A DNA stretch of 64,000 nt. Source: a virus. Below the pieces are notes generated by a model. It had not been told where the DNA came from, made no database searches, and worked only from the letters and a program-made list of their open reading frames with translations. Position numbers and translations under genes: made by a program. The DNA lies in IMG/VR virus record IMGVR_UViG_3300028549_001120; one strand, written 5' to 3'. Positions 7,590-17,567 of the stretch are shown piece by piece; within the stretch, counting starts at the first letter, position 1; every line of letters begins with the position of its first letter.

Positions 7590-8899
7590 TATATTATGGC
7601 ATTAAAAGTTACACTTAAAGTTGTTAAATCCAATAAGTCTTCGTTCTCTCCACTTGGTAGTATAATCCTTCCTAAATTTCCGCTAGGACTCCCTGCATAA
7701 TTTAATAGTAATTCTGTAGCTACTAAGTCTGTAAAATTATACAAAGTATTATAATATCCTAGGGTACCATACAAAATTGCGTTTCTTTGTTCGTTTTGTA
7801 ATGCTCTTTGGTTTATGAGTACATCGTGTATTGCCCCGTTTCTTAAAACTAATAAATCTTTATTAGTTTTAACAAAAGTTTTCATAGTTGTACCCACTTT
7901 GTGTAAAATTACTCTCTCAATCAAGAAGTTAGGGTTTTGGGGTATGGTACTAAAATTAGTTAATATTTGTCGTTTCCAAATATATTGTCCAGAAGTATAT
8001 AAAATTCCACCAGCATTATATGCTGGAATAGAAATTTGTATTTCCTTAATATCGTCTAGGTTTATAGTTTGTGTTGTAAATCTAAATGTTCCATTAATAA
8101 ATTGTGTTGTATTAAAAGGTATTAAATCTCCATTATAATTTAAAAGATTCCCACTCCAAGAATTAACTTGACTAATTCCAGTTGAACTAAATTCTCCGGT
8201 TAAAATATCCGTTCCCTCTAATTTTGCAATTCTAGCGTATGGTCCCATTTGTGCTCCTCCAAATAAAGCATCATTAGAAGTTCCTATGGGTAAATAATGT
8301 GCATTTAGCCAAGCATCTATAACTCCTCCGCCACCTCCATTAGAACCTTCCCCAGAACCCGAACCACTTCCAGAACTTGCTGAAGTTTCTCGCACTCTAC
8401 ATAATACTAAAGGAACTTCTTTTGTACCTTCTAATCTAAGCCAAAAAGCATCTCCAGGTTTTAATCCCATTTCAATTGCTTTTAAGTTTGCTCTATATTC
8501 TAAAGCTACTACAAATCCAGAACCATATAAATCTTCTACGTTAACGATAGGCAAATTATTTAGGCAGTTTTTGAAAGAATTACAATTATTTGTATTCTGA
8601 TTCAATAAATATTCCAAAATACTTGCTCCTCCTAATTGTCCTAATCCAGCTTGAATTTCTGTAGTATTTAAACTACCAAATGCAAGTTGCTTGATTAAAT
8701 TCAATTCTTGTAAAGTCTGTCCTGTTAAAGGTACCCATTGATTTGTTATAAAATCAAAATACATAAGTTGGTACGACACTGGAGTAGTATGTAATTGTTT
8801 TGCCCAAATTACATATCTCTTTTCAGTACTACCATCTGCTTCTTTTGGAGGATTGATTCCTCGAACCACTCCTGCCACGTTCCCTAAATTTTTAGCCAT
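7589..8899 (-). CDS. Tail fibre / distal baseplate structural protein
   Basis: Start moved to the ATG at 8899 (MAKNLGNV), giving an 8-nt overlap with the upstream stop. A Ser/Gly linker (SGSGSGSGEGSNGGGGG) separates two domains. Lies in the fibre block. Confidence 0.55.
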   Translation of the reverse strand: MAKNLGNVAGVVRGINPPKEADGSTEKRYVIWAKQLHTTPVSYQLMYFDFITNQWVPLTGQTLQELNLIKQLAFGSLNTTEIQAGLGQLGGASILEYLLNQNTNNCNSFKNCLNNLPIVNVEDLYGSGFVVALEYRANLKAIEMGLKPGDAFWLRLEGTKEVPLVLCRVRETSASSGSGSGSGEGSNGGGGGVIDAWLNAHYLPIGTSNDALFGGAQMGPYARIAKLEGTDILTGEFSSTGISQVNSWSGNLLNYNGDLIPFNTTQFINGTFRFTTQTINLDDIKEIQISIPAYNAGGILYTSGQYIWKRQILTNFSTIPQNPNFLIERVILHKVGTTMKTFVKTNKDLLVLRNGAIHDVLINQRALQNEQRNAILYGTLGYYNTLYNFTDLVATELLLNYAGSPSGNLGRIILPSGENEDLLDLTTLSVTFNAII

Positions 8900-9644
8900 C
8901 TTGAAATAAATTAGCGTTATTATCGATAAAAATATGATTATCATTAGTATATAAATCCCCATTTTCTAGTAAATTAAAATCCGTAAATACATCTGAATCA
9001 GCATCGTAGATTAAATCCCCGTTACTGTCTATAAATATAGTAAAGTTTTCTAATTCTAATTCATTGTAGTAAACTTTTTTCAATTTTGCATTTATAGGTT
9101 CTACCCAATATACTGCTGCTAGTATGATTTGTAATTGTTCTGAAGTAATAGTTGAATAAGGTCCTGTAAGATATAAATCATAAGGAGAACAAGGATAGCA
9201 ATCTCCAGAATCAAATGTTCTTATTGGGTCATCGAAAGTAATTATGCTATCGAATGTAAGTCTAGGATAGTATTCTACTATTTCAACAGTAGAATATCCT
9301 AGAATTTTAAAAACAATTTCATAAGAAAGTTTGGTTCCTTTTACTTTTAAAATATTGAATATATTTTTAATTAGTTTTCTACGAATTTCAATATCCGAAC
9401 TTAATGCTGGAATTCCATATAAATCTTCCAAGTAGGGAATGAATCTATCTAATACCGTATCTGGAACAGAAATATTGTCTAAGAAATTTTCTAAATATGG
9501 AATTAATTCTACATCCATATCTGAAGCTAACATTTCCTCATACCTTTGGTGAAGTCCTTTTCCATTTGCATCCTTATTTACGTCCATTCTATAATCGAGA
9601 GGAGTAAATAGTGAAAATATTATATTTTTAAGATTAAAAGCCAC
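8892..9644 (-). CDS. Baseplate wedge protein (gpI-like by position)
   Basis: 250 aa immediately after the gpJ-like gene, as in P2/Mu-type baseplate operons. No motif recognised. Confidence 0.45.
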   Translation of the reverse strand: MAFNLKNIIFSLFTPLDYRMDVNKDANGKGLHQRYEEMLASDMDVELIPYLENFLDNISVPDTVLDRFIPYLEDLYGIPALSSDIEIRRKLIKNIFNILKVKGTKLSYEIVFKILGYSTVEIVEYYPRLTFDSIITFDDPIRTFDSGDCYPCSPYDLYLTGPYSTITSEQLQIILAAVYWVEPINAKLKKVYYNELELENFTIFIDSNGDLIYDADSDVFTDFNLLENGDLYTNDNHIFIDNNANLFQDG

Positions 9645-11289
9645 CTGTAGAATTTATTTGAATATTAGTATTATATAAAGCAAATACACTTGGTTCCTCT
9701 AATTGAATTGAATCATTATAGGGATAGGTATAAAATTCCCAAGAATCTCCAACCAAATAAGCTTGAGGATTTACAGTGAATTCAATCTCCGGAAGATTTA
9801 TTAAAGTTCCTAATGCGTGGGTTCCAGCATAAATTCCATTCTTTGTAAGTTCGTATTCTCCAGTAGAATTTATTTTAATTTCCCATTTGGTATTGATTGT
9901 GCTACCAGGTTTTAAAATACGTGTCCAATCTAATACCGAAATTCCTGAAGTAATTCTTGCATAAGGAAGTGCTTGAATTAAAGAAATTTTAGAATGTTGT
10001 ACTCCTCTTGTATTTTCTACAATTTCATATAAGTTACCTATTTCTACACTCCCCGAAACTTTTCTATTTGTTTGGTTTATGTATTGAATCAGATTAGATT
10101 TTACTAAATTTTCTGTTACAGTTCTATTGAATGTATTTAAAACTTTCAATTCAATTTGAATTTTTAAAGCTATTTCTCCGGCTGCTAATACACGTACTTG
10201 TGTAGTTACCATTCTAGTTTCATCGTAATAAGCATCTCTGACTTCCTCTAATAAAGTTTCAGAAGCAATACCTCCTCCTTCGGGTACAATATACACATCT
10301 ACTGTTTTTCCACATTTGAAAACTACCCCAGCTGATTCTACCCCTGGTTGAAGTTCTGCAATATCTTGATAATCTTGCCAAGTTACGGCTCGATTAAGGG
10401 TTCGTATTGATAGTGGGATTCTTTTCTTTAAATCTGCTAAAGATTCCAAATCTGCGCCTCCAGAAGCACGATTTAAGTTGTCTACTGTAAGTGTATTAGT
10501 TTCTGGAAAAGTTAAATTAGTAGTCAATATAGTAATTGAATGCTCTGCTAAATTTCCTAAGGAACCAGAACTGGTTGAATAACTTACAAATATTTGGATT
10601 GTATTAGCTGGGATTCTACCTTGAATATTGTCCCCGAATATAATTTCCAAATTTCCATCTTCATTTGTAGAAGTTGTATAATGTTTATCCGTAGAATTTG
10701 AATAAGCTAAAGTTTCTTGAAAAATCCAAGCTTCACTGTTAATAATGATTTGAACTGATTTGTCTACAATATCATTACTTAATTCGAATTTTTGATTTTT
10801 AAGTCCATTTGAAGTTCCTAATAATTCAGTAGATACTAAAACCTCCTGTTTACAAGGGATTATTTTTTCAACGTTTCCTGCTAAAATAACTTGGTCTGAA
10901 ATAGTAATAAAAGGAATTCCATCTACAGTAGAAACCTTAGTCCCCGAAGGTATCAAATAATCTACAGACATCGGATTCATTAAGGTAAAAGTTACATCAG
11001 CAGTTGCACTTTTAATCCCCCTAATCCTATAGTCAAAAGTTTTAGCAATTTTGATTGCTGATTCATATTTTTGTGCGGTCGATAAAAAAGTTTCTTTTGC
11101 TGCATTATCTATATAATAGCCCAATTGTTCTGTAAGTCCAGCCCAAACTCCTACCATCCTTACAAATATATTGTTATCTGTATGGTCTGTAAGTTCTGGA
11201 ACTTCCTGAGGAAATTTTAAAAGTATTGCATTTTTAATTTGCAAATAACTTCTTTGTATGTAACCGACCCAAGTATTTTCTAAAGCCAT
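9634..11289 (-). CDS. Baseplate J-like protein (P2 gpJ / T4 gp6 class)
   Basis: 551 aa directly downstream of the gp25-like gene. Size and position fit the gpJ class. Confidence 0.6.
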   Translation of the reverse strand: MALENTWVGYIQRSYLQIKNAILLKFPQEVPELTDHTDNNIFVRMVGVWAGLTEQLGYYIDNAAKETFLSTAQKYESAIKIAKTFDYRIRGIKSATADVTFTLMNPMSVDYLIPSGTKVSTVDGIPFITISDQVILAGNVEKIIPCKQEVLVSTELLGTSNGLKNQKFELSNDIVDKSVQIIINSEAWIFQETLAYSNSTDKHYTTSTNEDGNLEIIFGDNIQGRIPANTIQIFVSYSTSSGSLGNLAEHSITILTTNLTFPETNTLTVDNLNRASGGADLESLADLKKRIPLSIRTLNRAVTWQDYQDIAELQPGVESAGVVFKCGKTVDVYIVPEGGGIASETLLEEVRDAYYDETRMVTTQVRVLAAGEIALKIQIELKVLNTFNRTVTENLVKSNLIQYINQTNRKVSGSVEIGNLYEIVENTRGVQHSKISLIQALPYARITSGISVLDWTRILKPGSTINTKWEIKINSTGEYELTKNGIYAGTHALGTLINLPEIEFTVNPQAYLVGDSWEFYTYPYNDSIQLEEPSVFALYNTNIQINSTGGF

Positions 11290-11293
11290 AATT

Positions 11294-11680
11294 CTAATAA
11301 TTTAATTTTCTATAAAATGGAAATATAAAATTGAAAGCTTCACTTGTAGATAAAATCTTATAGGAAATGTTGCATTCTAAAGTCTCTTCATTTTGATAGA
11401 AATTTACGTCTATAAACTTAATTCTTTTTTCCCATTTATCTATAGCTTCTTTTATAAAAGTATAAGCTAGCTTAAAAAGTATTTCGTCATTTTGTTCAAA
11501 CATTAATTCGTGTAGTCTACTTCCGTATTCTGGTAAAAAATACCTACTCCCAATTTCTGTTCCTAATATTGTCAATAACGATTGCTCTATTGCTTCTTTA
11601 GAATCCCCAATAGCAATCTTCCCATTTACTACTTGTAAAGGGAATTTTAAAGATTGTCCTAAATATTTTAATTCACTCAT
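11294..11680 (-). CDS. Baseplate wedge protein, GPW/gp25 family
   Basis: LGQSLKFPLQV...IEQSLLTILGTEIGSRYFLPEYGSRLHELMFEQ matches the conserved gp25/GPW core. Confidence 0.8.
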   Translation of the reverse strand: MSELKYLGQSLKFPLQVVNGKIAIGDSKEAIEQSLLTILGTEIGSRYFLPEYGSRLHELMFEQNDEILFKLAYTFIKEAIDKWEKRIKFIDVNFYQNEETLECNISYKILSTSEAFNFIFPFYRKLNY

Positions 11681-11684
11681 CTCT

Positions 11685-11909
11685 TTAAGTTATTGTTGCA
11701 TTAGCTATCGGTCCTCCATTTGAACAAATTCCACCATTTACTTTTGCTTGTGCTAAAAAGGTTTCAAATGCTTGTCTTATAGCTTCCGCAATTCCTTCTG
11801 CTTGTAATTCTAATGCTTCGTCTATCGTTGAAGCACCCCTCGCACTTTCTGAAGCTGTTTTAACTCCTTGTTTTGCTGCTGATTTTATTGCTGATAAACT
11901 TACTGCCAT
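11685..11909 (-). CDS. Small Ala-rich baseplate-associated protein, unknown function
   Basis: 74-aa ORF tightly packed between the spike and gp25-like genes. Confidence 0.55.
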   Translation of the reverse strand: MAVSLSAIKSAAKQGVKTASESARGASTIDEALELQAEGIAEAIRQAFETFLAQAKVNGGICSNGGPIANATIT

Positions 11910-11920
11910 AATTTTAATTT

Positions 11921-12628
11921 TTAACTATCTAATGAAACTTTTTCAGATTTAAAGTCTTCCCATTTACTTTCCCATTTTGATTTTACTGTACCCCAATTTG
12001 CTGCTGTTTGAATAGCATCAGTAACTCCATTAGAAGTTACAATGGTCTCTAAGCTTCCAATATCATTAAAAAATTCTTTTAATAACTCGTGTAGTGTATC
12101 TCCTAAAACTGCTGGTTCCTCACTTCCATTTAAAGTACCCAAACTAATTTTTTCAGAAATTATAGAAACGCCTTCTGAATTTAATTCTATTATATTTCCG
12201 TGTTTGTCTTTAATTCGAATCAATTCATTTTTATCATCTAATTCTATTTTGTGCCCAGACTTAGACTGTAGTATAAAATTATTCGGTTTTATTCCATCTA
12301 CTTTAGCATCTTCTGGAACTTCGTTTTCTCTAAAGTTTCCATATTCCCAAACGGGGAAGCGAGGGTCGCCGTTCTCGAAAGCGACCCAAACTCCATCCCC
12401 GACGGACGGAATAGCAAACAGTCCGATATTTTTACCTGAAGGCATTCCTTTAGGCCAAGCCCAATATTCTGGAACATCTTCTCCATATACTTCCGGAACT
12501 TTTATTTTCAATCTTCCCAAAAATTTAGGGTCTTCATTACTTACAATCTCTCCCCTATAGAAAGAATAATATCTCCCAAAATATTCAAGTCCGTGCTCTA
12601 TGATTATATTTTTAAGTTCTGCTATCAT
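11921..12628 (-). CDS. Baseplate central spike (gpV / gp5 / VgrG OB-fold type)
   Basis: YRGEIVSNEDPKFLGRLKIKVPEVYG ... GDGVWVAFENGDPRFPVW is the conserved gpV/VgrG N-terminal motif. Confidence 0.75.
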   Translation of the reverse strand: MIAELKNIIIEHGLEYFGRYYSFYRGEIVSNEDPKFLGRLKIKVPEVYGEDVPEYWAWPKGMPSGKNIGLFAIPSVGDGVWVAFENGDPRFPVWEYGNFRENEVPEDAKVDGIKPNNFILQSKSGHKIELDDKNELIRIKDKHGNIIELNSEGVSIISEKISLGTLNGSEEPAVLGDTLHELLKEFFNDIGSLETIVTSNGVTDAIQTAANWGTVKSKWESKWEDFKSEKVSLDS

Positions 12629-13827
12629 CTTTCGTTTGCATTTACATCATAATTATAAACTTTAGCTTTTTTTGTAGGTATCTTTTTTGTATTAGATTTT
12701 TTATCTGGTCCAACCGATTTATTGGTAGAACCTTTTTTAGGAGTTTTCCCAATGTTCCCAGCATCATTTGTTCCATTAGTTTTCAATTCTAGAGTAGTAG
12801 TGAATCCACTTCCAGAAATTCTATGTTTTACTTCTATAATCTGCCAATTTCCAGAATGGCGATTTGCTACTCCTTTCATTGTAATAATCTCCTTGGGTTC
12901 TAATAATGGATTTCCTTCTATAATCAATGTAGCTTCATTCGAATTAAGATTCTCCTTCTTATTCATATTATTGCTAATATTCTTGGCTTCATTTTTATTT
13001 TGGGTCTGTTTTACCATCGTTTTAGAACGTCCTGGGTCTTTTTTTACGGTAGTATTTAAAGGATTCCCATTTGCATCATAGTTATATGATTTATTGTTCA
13101 GAACCTTAGGTTTGTCTTGAGTTTCTGTTTTTAAAGTTTCTAAATTTGATTCCCCAGTATAAGGATTAGTTTGTGTAAGTTTTACAGTAGAATTTGAACC
13201 ATCCCTTCCTGTAGTTCTTTGTTTGGGTGCAAACGAAATTACTCTATCATCTTCTCCATAAGTATAAGTGATTTTACTTTCATTATCTAATCCACGTTTC
13301 TTAAAATATAAGGTACCGGAACGGATATAACAAACATAATCATCTTCCAAGTTACAAAGCTTCTTAAGAAAATGTAAATCCGATAAATTTCCTTGTGGCA
13401 TATTTTCCCACTTTTCTGTAGTAGAATCAATATCGCTAGAAATTCCCCTGTCATTTGCAATTTCATAAGCTATCTCAGAACTTGTTTTATTTTTAAATAC
13501 TTTATTATTTGAATTCTTTTTTAAATAGTGTCCTGCATCTAATGCTTTTAAGGTAACTTGAATCCCGTTTTGGTCATATTTAGCATCAATATCTTGGATT
13601 TTTGCTAATTGAGTTTGGGACATTTGGCCTTGTAAAAATCCAAACTTAAATTTTAAATCCGAATTTACAGTAACATCTTTTCTATTTAGAAATTCTAGTG
13701 CATTTTTAGGGTGTATTCTAATGCTTAATAATGAATCTTTTTCCAAACAATCGTCATAAGAAAAATCAGATATAAAATCTGAAATATCTTCTGTTCCGAG
13801 TAATATGTTATAAAAAGGACTTTTCAT
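12625..13827 (-). CDS. Baseplate hub protein (P2 gpD / Mu gp44-like by position)
   Basis: 400 aa between the LysM-like gpX-type gene and the spike gene. ATGA overlap with the spike gene. Confidence 0.5.
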   Translation of the reverse strand: MKSPFYNILLGTEDISDFISDFSYDDCLEKDSLLSIRIHPKNALEFLNRKDVTVNSDLKFKFGFLQGQMSQTQLAKIQDIDAKYDQNGIQVTLKALDAGHYLKKNSNNKVFKNKTSSEIAYEIANDRGISSDIDSTTEKWENMPQGNLSDLHFLKKLCNLEDDYVCYIRSGTLYFKKRGLDNESKITYTYGEDDRVISFAPKQRTTGRDGSNSTVKLTQTNPYTGESNLETLKTETQDKPKVLNNKSYNYDANGNPLNTTVKKDPGRSKTMVKQTQNKNEAKNISNNMNKKENLNSNEATLIIEGNPLLEPKEIITMKGVANRHSGNWQIIEVKHRISGSGFTTTLELKTNGTNDAGNIGKTPKKGSTNKSVGPDKKSNTKKIPTKKAKVYNYDVNANER

Positions 13828-14141
13828 TATATTTGTACTAAAACTCTTAAAATATCCGGTATTACTATTCTCTTGCCAATATAGTCTTTTAAATCTAGTG
13901 GATTGTAGATTTCATTCGCATCTGCGATTACCCACCAATATTTAGAAGCATCCTCGACTTTTTCTTTCCAATATTTCCAAGCTAACGTATCTAATCTATC
14001 AAATTGAGTTACAGTATGATAAATATTGGTGGAATGATTTTCAAATAAAATTGGCTTTCTTAGAAGCTCTGAAGTTCCATCCTCGTACTCGTATACTGTA
14101 CCAGTTATGTATAAATCATTATTATTTAATTCTAATTCCAT
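13827..14141 (-). CDS. LysM-like tail protein (P2 gpX-like)
   Basis: 104 aa. C-terminal WWVIADANEIYNPLDL..GKRIVIP resembles a LysM segment. Position matches gpX. Confidence 0.5.
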   Translation of the reverse strand: MELELNNNDLYITGTVYEYEDGTSELLRKPILFENHSTNIYHTVTQFDRLDTLAWKYWKEKVEDASKYWWVIADANEIYNPLDLKDYIGKRIVIPDILRVLVQI

Positions 14142-14785
14142 TACATTAAGTGTGTATTATTATCTAATCTAATATCTTCCCAAGCTGAATTAGTTTCCGT
14201 ATCTAACATTAAGGAAATATCTACATAAGCTTGTTGGGGCAGAAAACCCTTTTCACGATTAAAGTTACTTAGCTTTGTAGTTACATTATTTACTACCCAA
14301 ATTTCAGAAGTAAATAAATCCCCAAAAACTAATTTAACTTTTTGTGCTGGTCTTTTATACCCGTCATTGTAGGTTAAACTTTCTAGCCATCTAACTTTTT
14401 TAATTACATCCAATCTATCCTCATCCTTTGCATAAAAATCTAGTTGAAAAGTCAATGTGCTTTCTCCTCCTGTAAATTGGTGCAAAGGTTCATTCCTCCC
14501 TATGATTTGAATTTTAGCGATATTCGCTTGTCTACCAAGATTTAATTCTGGAACGAATTGAATATCTAACCTATCTAAAGTCGTGAGTGCTACAAAATAT
14601 AATTTACCTTCCGTGGTACTTGATTTTATAGAAGCTTCTGACTGCTTTGTATTTTCTGGAAATTGTTTTCCATATTCTTTATTCCTTTTCTCTTCTCTTT
14701 CAGTTAATTCCTCTATAGTTTTAGGTCTGGATTTAAAATTCAGATTTTTAAAAGACATTCCAAATATTTGTGTAAAATCTATCAT
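14141..14785 (-). CDS. Tail/baseplate protein after the tape measure (tube-initiator-type candidate)
   Basis: 214 aa immediately downstream of the tape measure gene with an ATGA overlap. No motif recognised with certainty. Confidence 0.4.
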   Translation of the reverse strand: MIDFTQIFGMSFKNLNFKSRPKTIEELTEREEKRNKEYGKQFPENTKQSEASIKSSTTEGKLYFVALTTLDRLDIQFVPELNLGRQANIAKIQIIGRNEPLHQFTGGESTLTFQLDFYAKDEDRLDVIKKVRWLESLTYNDGYKRPAQKVKLVFGDLFTSEIWVVNNVTTKLSNFNREKGFLPQQAYVDISLMLDTETNSAWEDIRLDNNTHLM

Positions 14786-17382
14786 CTCCTAGAATTTTCT
14801 AAATTATTTCTATCATTTACATTATTTTGAATAACTTCACCATCTAAATAAACATTAGTATAAGTTGGTCCACCCGTAAAGTTTGCATTTACACTTGGAT
14901 TCCATCCTCCTATAGCTCTTGCGGTATTTGTATTTGCAGTGGCTAATTGTGCAGAACCTACTGAATGGTGATAAATATTATTAGAAGCAGAAATAGAACC
15001 TTCCTCTCCATCTCCGAACCAATTAGAAGGATTTAACTTCTTTTTAAGATTTTCCCATTTCCCTTCTAGCCATTCAGTAAAAGAATCCCATTTACTTTTT
15101 ACCCCTTCCCATATACTTTCAACTAATTGTTGTCCCCATTCTTTAACTCTTCCGGGAATACCCTTAAGCCAATCCATAAACTGTTGCCATTTAGCTTTAA
15201 TCCAATCAATCATTTGTTGCCATTTCATAGCAACCCAATCTTTAAACTCTGCCCATTTTTGACTAATCCAATCTACGATTTCTCCCCAATGTACAATTGC
15301 ATAAATAATCAAAGCTATTACTGCAATAATCAATAATATAGGCCAAACAGCTGCTAATACTGCAATAGCTAAAGTAAACATTTGAACTATTAGCAAAATG
15401 ATTACTGGGATTAAGATTGCAAGTATTACATATCCTAAAATTTTACCAGCTTCTCTCCAATCTGACATTTTTCCAGTAAGTTTTCCAATAGGAATTCCTA
15501 ATGATTCTAAAACTTCAAAAAATTTGTCTTTGATTTTAGTTAAAGTTGGTTTTATCTTTTCCCAAACTTTAACAACCTCTTCCCATACCGCTTTGAAAGT
15601 ATCTCTAATTCCTCGGAACATTTCTTTAATTCTTACAATCCAGGTTCCTAGAGTAAGTACTAAATCTAAGATTCCGAGTTCTTTTAATTTGTCGTGCATT
15701 TCACCAGACAAAGAAAATCCTTCAGAAGTAGCTGAGTTCCAAATTTCCATTACTCCTCCAATTACTCCCCCAATTTTAGCTAAGATTCTTTGGAAGCCTG
15801 TAAGATTTTTTAATTCTGATGCTGTTTTACTACTGAATAAATCAAATCCTTTTTTAGCAATATAAAAAGCTGCTCCTAATGCTGCTATTACAAGTACAAT
15901 GGGAATTATAATAGGTAAAAGTGGTGCTAAAGCTGCCCATATTTCTGCTCCCATTACCATTGCTTGTCTTCCGGCTAATTTGAATGCTACCCCTAATCTT
16001 CCAGTTGCAATTGCGTGAGCTATTATTGGTCCCTTTGTTCCAAATAATGTAAGTGAAAGTTTAATCAATCCAATACGAAACATTCCTGTAGCTATTCTAG
16101 TAAGTCCTATAATAGTAAGTAAAACTGCTAAGGACATTATAACTCCGGTGATAAATTTACCAATTGGAGAAGCTATAAATCTAGCTATTACATTTAATAA
16201 TTTAGTAAGTCCTATAACTAATTTATTGAAAGGTCCACCTGAGGTATCTCCTAAGCTCACCCAAATATTGTCCCAAGATTTTTTTAATTTATCTAGATTA
16301 GCACCAAGTGTAGAATTTTTAATTTCAAATTCCTTTTGCAAAGAACTTCCTTCAGAATAGGCTTGATTTGCTAATTTTTGTTTTTCAGTTACTAAAGCAG
16401 TTTTTTCTGCAAGGATTGCCATAGTTTTTTGCAATCCGACCCCATCAATTCCCATTTGTTTTAAAGCAGAATTGAATGAAAGAGTATCTGGATATTTTTC
16501 TCTAAGTGTTTTTACAAAATTTAATATGGTTTCGTTCGGTTTGTCTAATAAACCTCTTGACAAATCTTTTAGATTTATTCCTGCTACTTTAGCTGCTTCT
16601 GCAGTTCCTGTAGTCAATACTCCGAATAATCTTTGAAAACCTGAAGCAGCTTCCTCTGGATTTACTCCCATCTCTTCAAATACAGCAGCTAATCCCATTA
16701 CATCAGCAGCAGTCATTTTTGCTTGCTTAGCAATAGGTCCCAATCTTTGTGTAAAGTCGGTAAGGAATGGTCCAGTTGCAATACCAGCTGCTCCTAACTC
16801 ATTAATCGCAGAGCCTATCTTCAATAAAGCTTTTTCATATCCAAACTCTTCAGCTGTACCGAACACGGTTGCAATCTTACCTAATTCGGATGATATTTGT
16901 TCTGCTCCTCCTGTAAATTCGTCTCCTAATGCAACTACTGCTTTGTCAACAGATTTGGTAAATCCTTCCAATTGATTCTGTGCTACTCCAATTTGTCCCC
17001 CAATTTTAGCAATATCTAAAAGTTCATTTAAGGAAGTTCTACTATCAAATGATTGTATTGTTTTCCTTAAATCTATTACAGCTTCATTCGTGAGTCCTGA
17101 AGTTTTTCTAATATCCGCTAATTTATCGGAAAGTTCTGCTGCTCTATTTATTGCTGGAATAAATCCTGCTGCCATAGCAACTCCGACCCCTGTTAATAAG
17201 GTGCCGGAGCCTATAAGATTCATACTTTTGCTAACGTGTGCTTGAACTTGACTTACTCTAGAATCTAATCTGTCTAAGGATTCATTTATACGGCGAGAAG
17301 GTCCGGTAAAGTTGTCCACTAAAGACATTGCTAATCCGAATCCTAATCCTCCACCACTAAATGTACCTAAGCCACCTGTCAT
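14782..17382 (-). CDS. Tail tape measure protein
   Basis: 866 aa, Gly/Ala/Leu-rich with hydrophobic central segments and an 11-residue Trp-periodic repeat. Located between the chaperone and the baseplate genes. Confidence 0.85.
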   Translation of the reverse strand: MTGGLGTFSGGGLGFGLAMSLVDNFTGPSRRINESLDRLDSRVSQVQAHVSKSMNLIGSGTLLTGVGVAMAAGFIPAINRAAELSDKLADIRKTSGLTNEAVIDLRKTIQSFDSRTSLNELLDIAKIGGQIGVAQNQLEGFTKSVDKAVVALGDEFTGGAEQISSELGKIATVFGTAEEFGYEKALLKIGSAINELGAAGIATGPFLTDFTQRLGPIAKQAKMTAADVMGLAAVFEEMGVNPEEAASGFQRLFGVLTTGTAEAAKVAGINLKDLSRGLLDKPNETILNFVKTLREKYPDTLSFNSALKQMGIDGVGLQKTMAILAEKTALVTEKQKLANQAYSEGSSLQKEFEIKNSTLGANLDKLKKSWDNIWVSLGDTSGGPFNKLVIGLTKLLNVIARFIASPIGKFITGVIMSLAVLLTIIGLTRIATGMFRIGLIKLSLTLFGTKGPIIAHAIATGRLGVAFKLAGRQAMVMGAEIWAALAPLLPIIIPIVLVIAALGAAFYIAKKGFDLFSSKTASELKNLTGFQRILAKIGGVIGGVMEIWNSATSEGFSLSGEMHDKLKELGILDLVLTLGTWIVRIKEMFRGIRDTFKAVWEEVVKVWEKIKPTLTKIKDKFFEVLESLGIPIGKLTGKMSDWREAGKILGYVILAILIPVIILLIVQMFTLAIAVLAAVWPILLIIAVIALIIYAIVHWGEIVDWISQKWAEFKDWVAMKWQQMIDWIKAKWQQFMDWLKGIPGRVKEWGQQLVESIWEGVKSKWDSFTEWLEGKWENLKKKLNPSNWFGDGEEGSISASNNIYHHSVGSAQLATANTNTARAIGGWNPSVNANFTGGPTYTNVYLDGEVIQNNVNDRNNLENSRR

Positions 17383-17567
17383 CTTGTTTTATTTTTTGCT
17401 TGTTCAACTTCTGCATTTTCTTTGTCTTTTTGGTCTTTCATTAAGTCGTAAAATTTCTTTATACGTCCTAAAGTTAAATTCTCGAACTCTGTTAATGTAA
17501 AACCTAACCCCCCGTAGGAAAGATAAAAATAGAGTTCGTCTAAATCGCCTGCGAGGGAAAGAAAAAA
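17379..17567 (-). CDS. -1 frameshift extension of the tail assembly chaperone (gpGT / gpE+E' analogue)
   Basis: From the slippery site, the -1 frame is open for 60 codons (LSLAGDLDELYFYLSYGGLGFTLTEFENLTLGRIKKFYDLMKDQKDKENAEVEQAKNKTR). It ends in a TGA that overlaps the tape measure ATG (ATGA at 17382-17379). Confidence 0.6.
   Translation of the reverse strand, partial: FFLSLAGDLDELYFYLSYGGLGFTLTEFENLTLGRIKKFYDLMKDQKDKENAEVEQAKNKTR

Noticed and set aside
8331-8390. Ser/Gly-coding tract (SGSGSGSGEGSNGGGGG) as a slippage-prone simple repeat
   Set aside because: At the DNA level the codons vary (ccgccacctccattagaaccttccccagaacccgaaccacttcc), so there is no perfect tandem repeat. It is most simply a flexible inter-domain linker.
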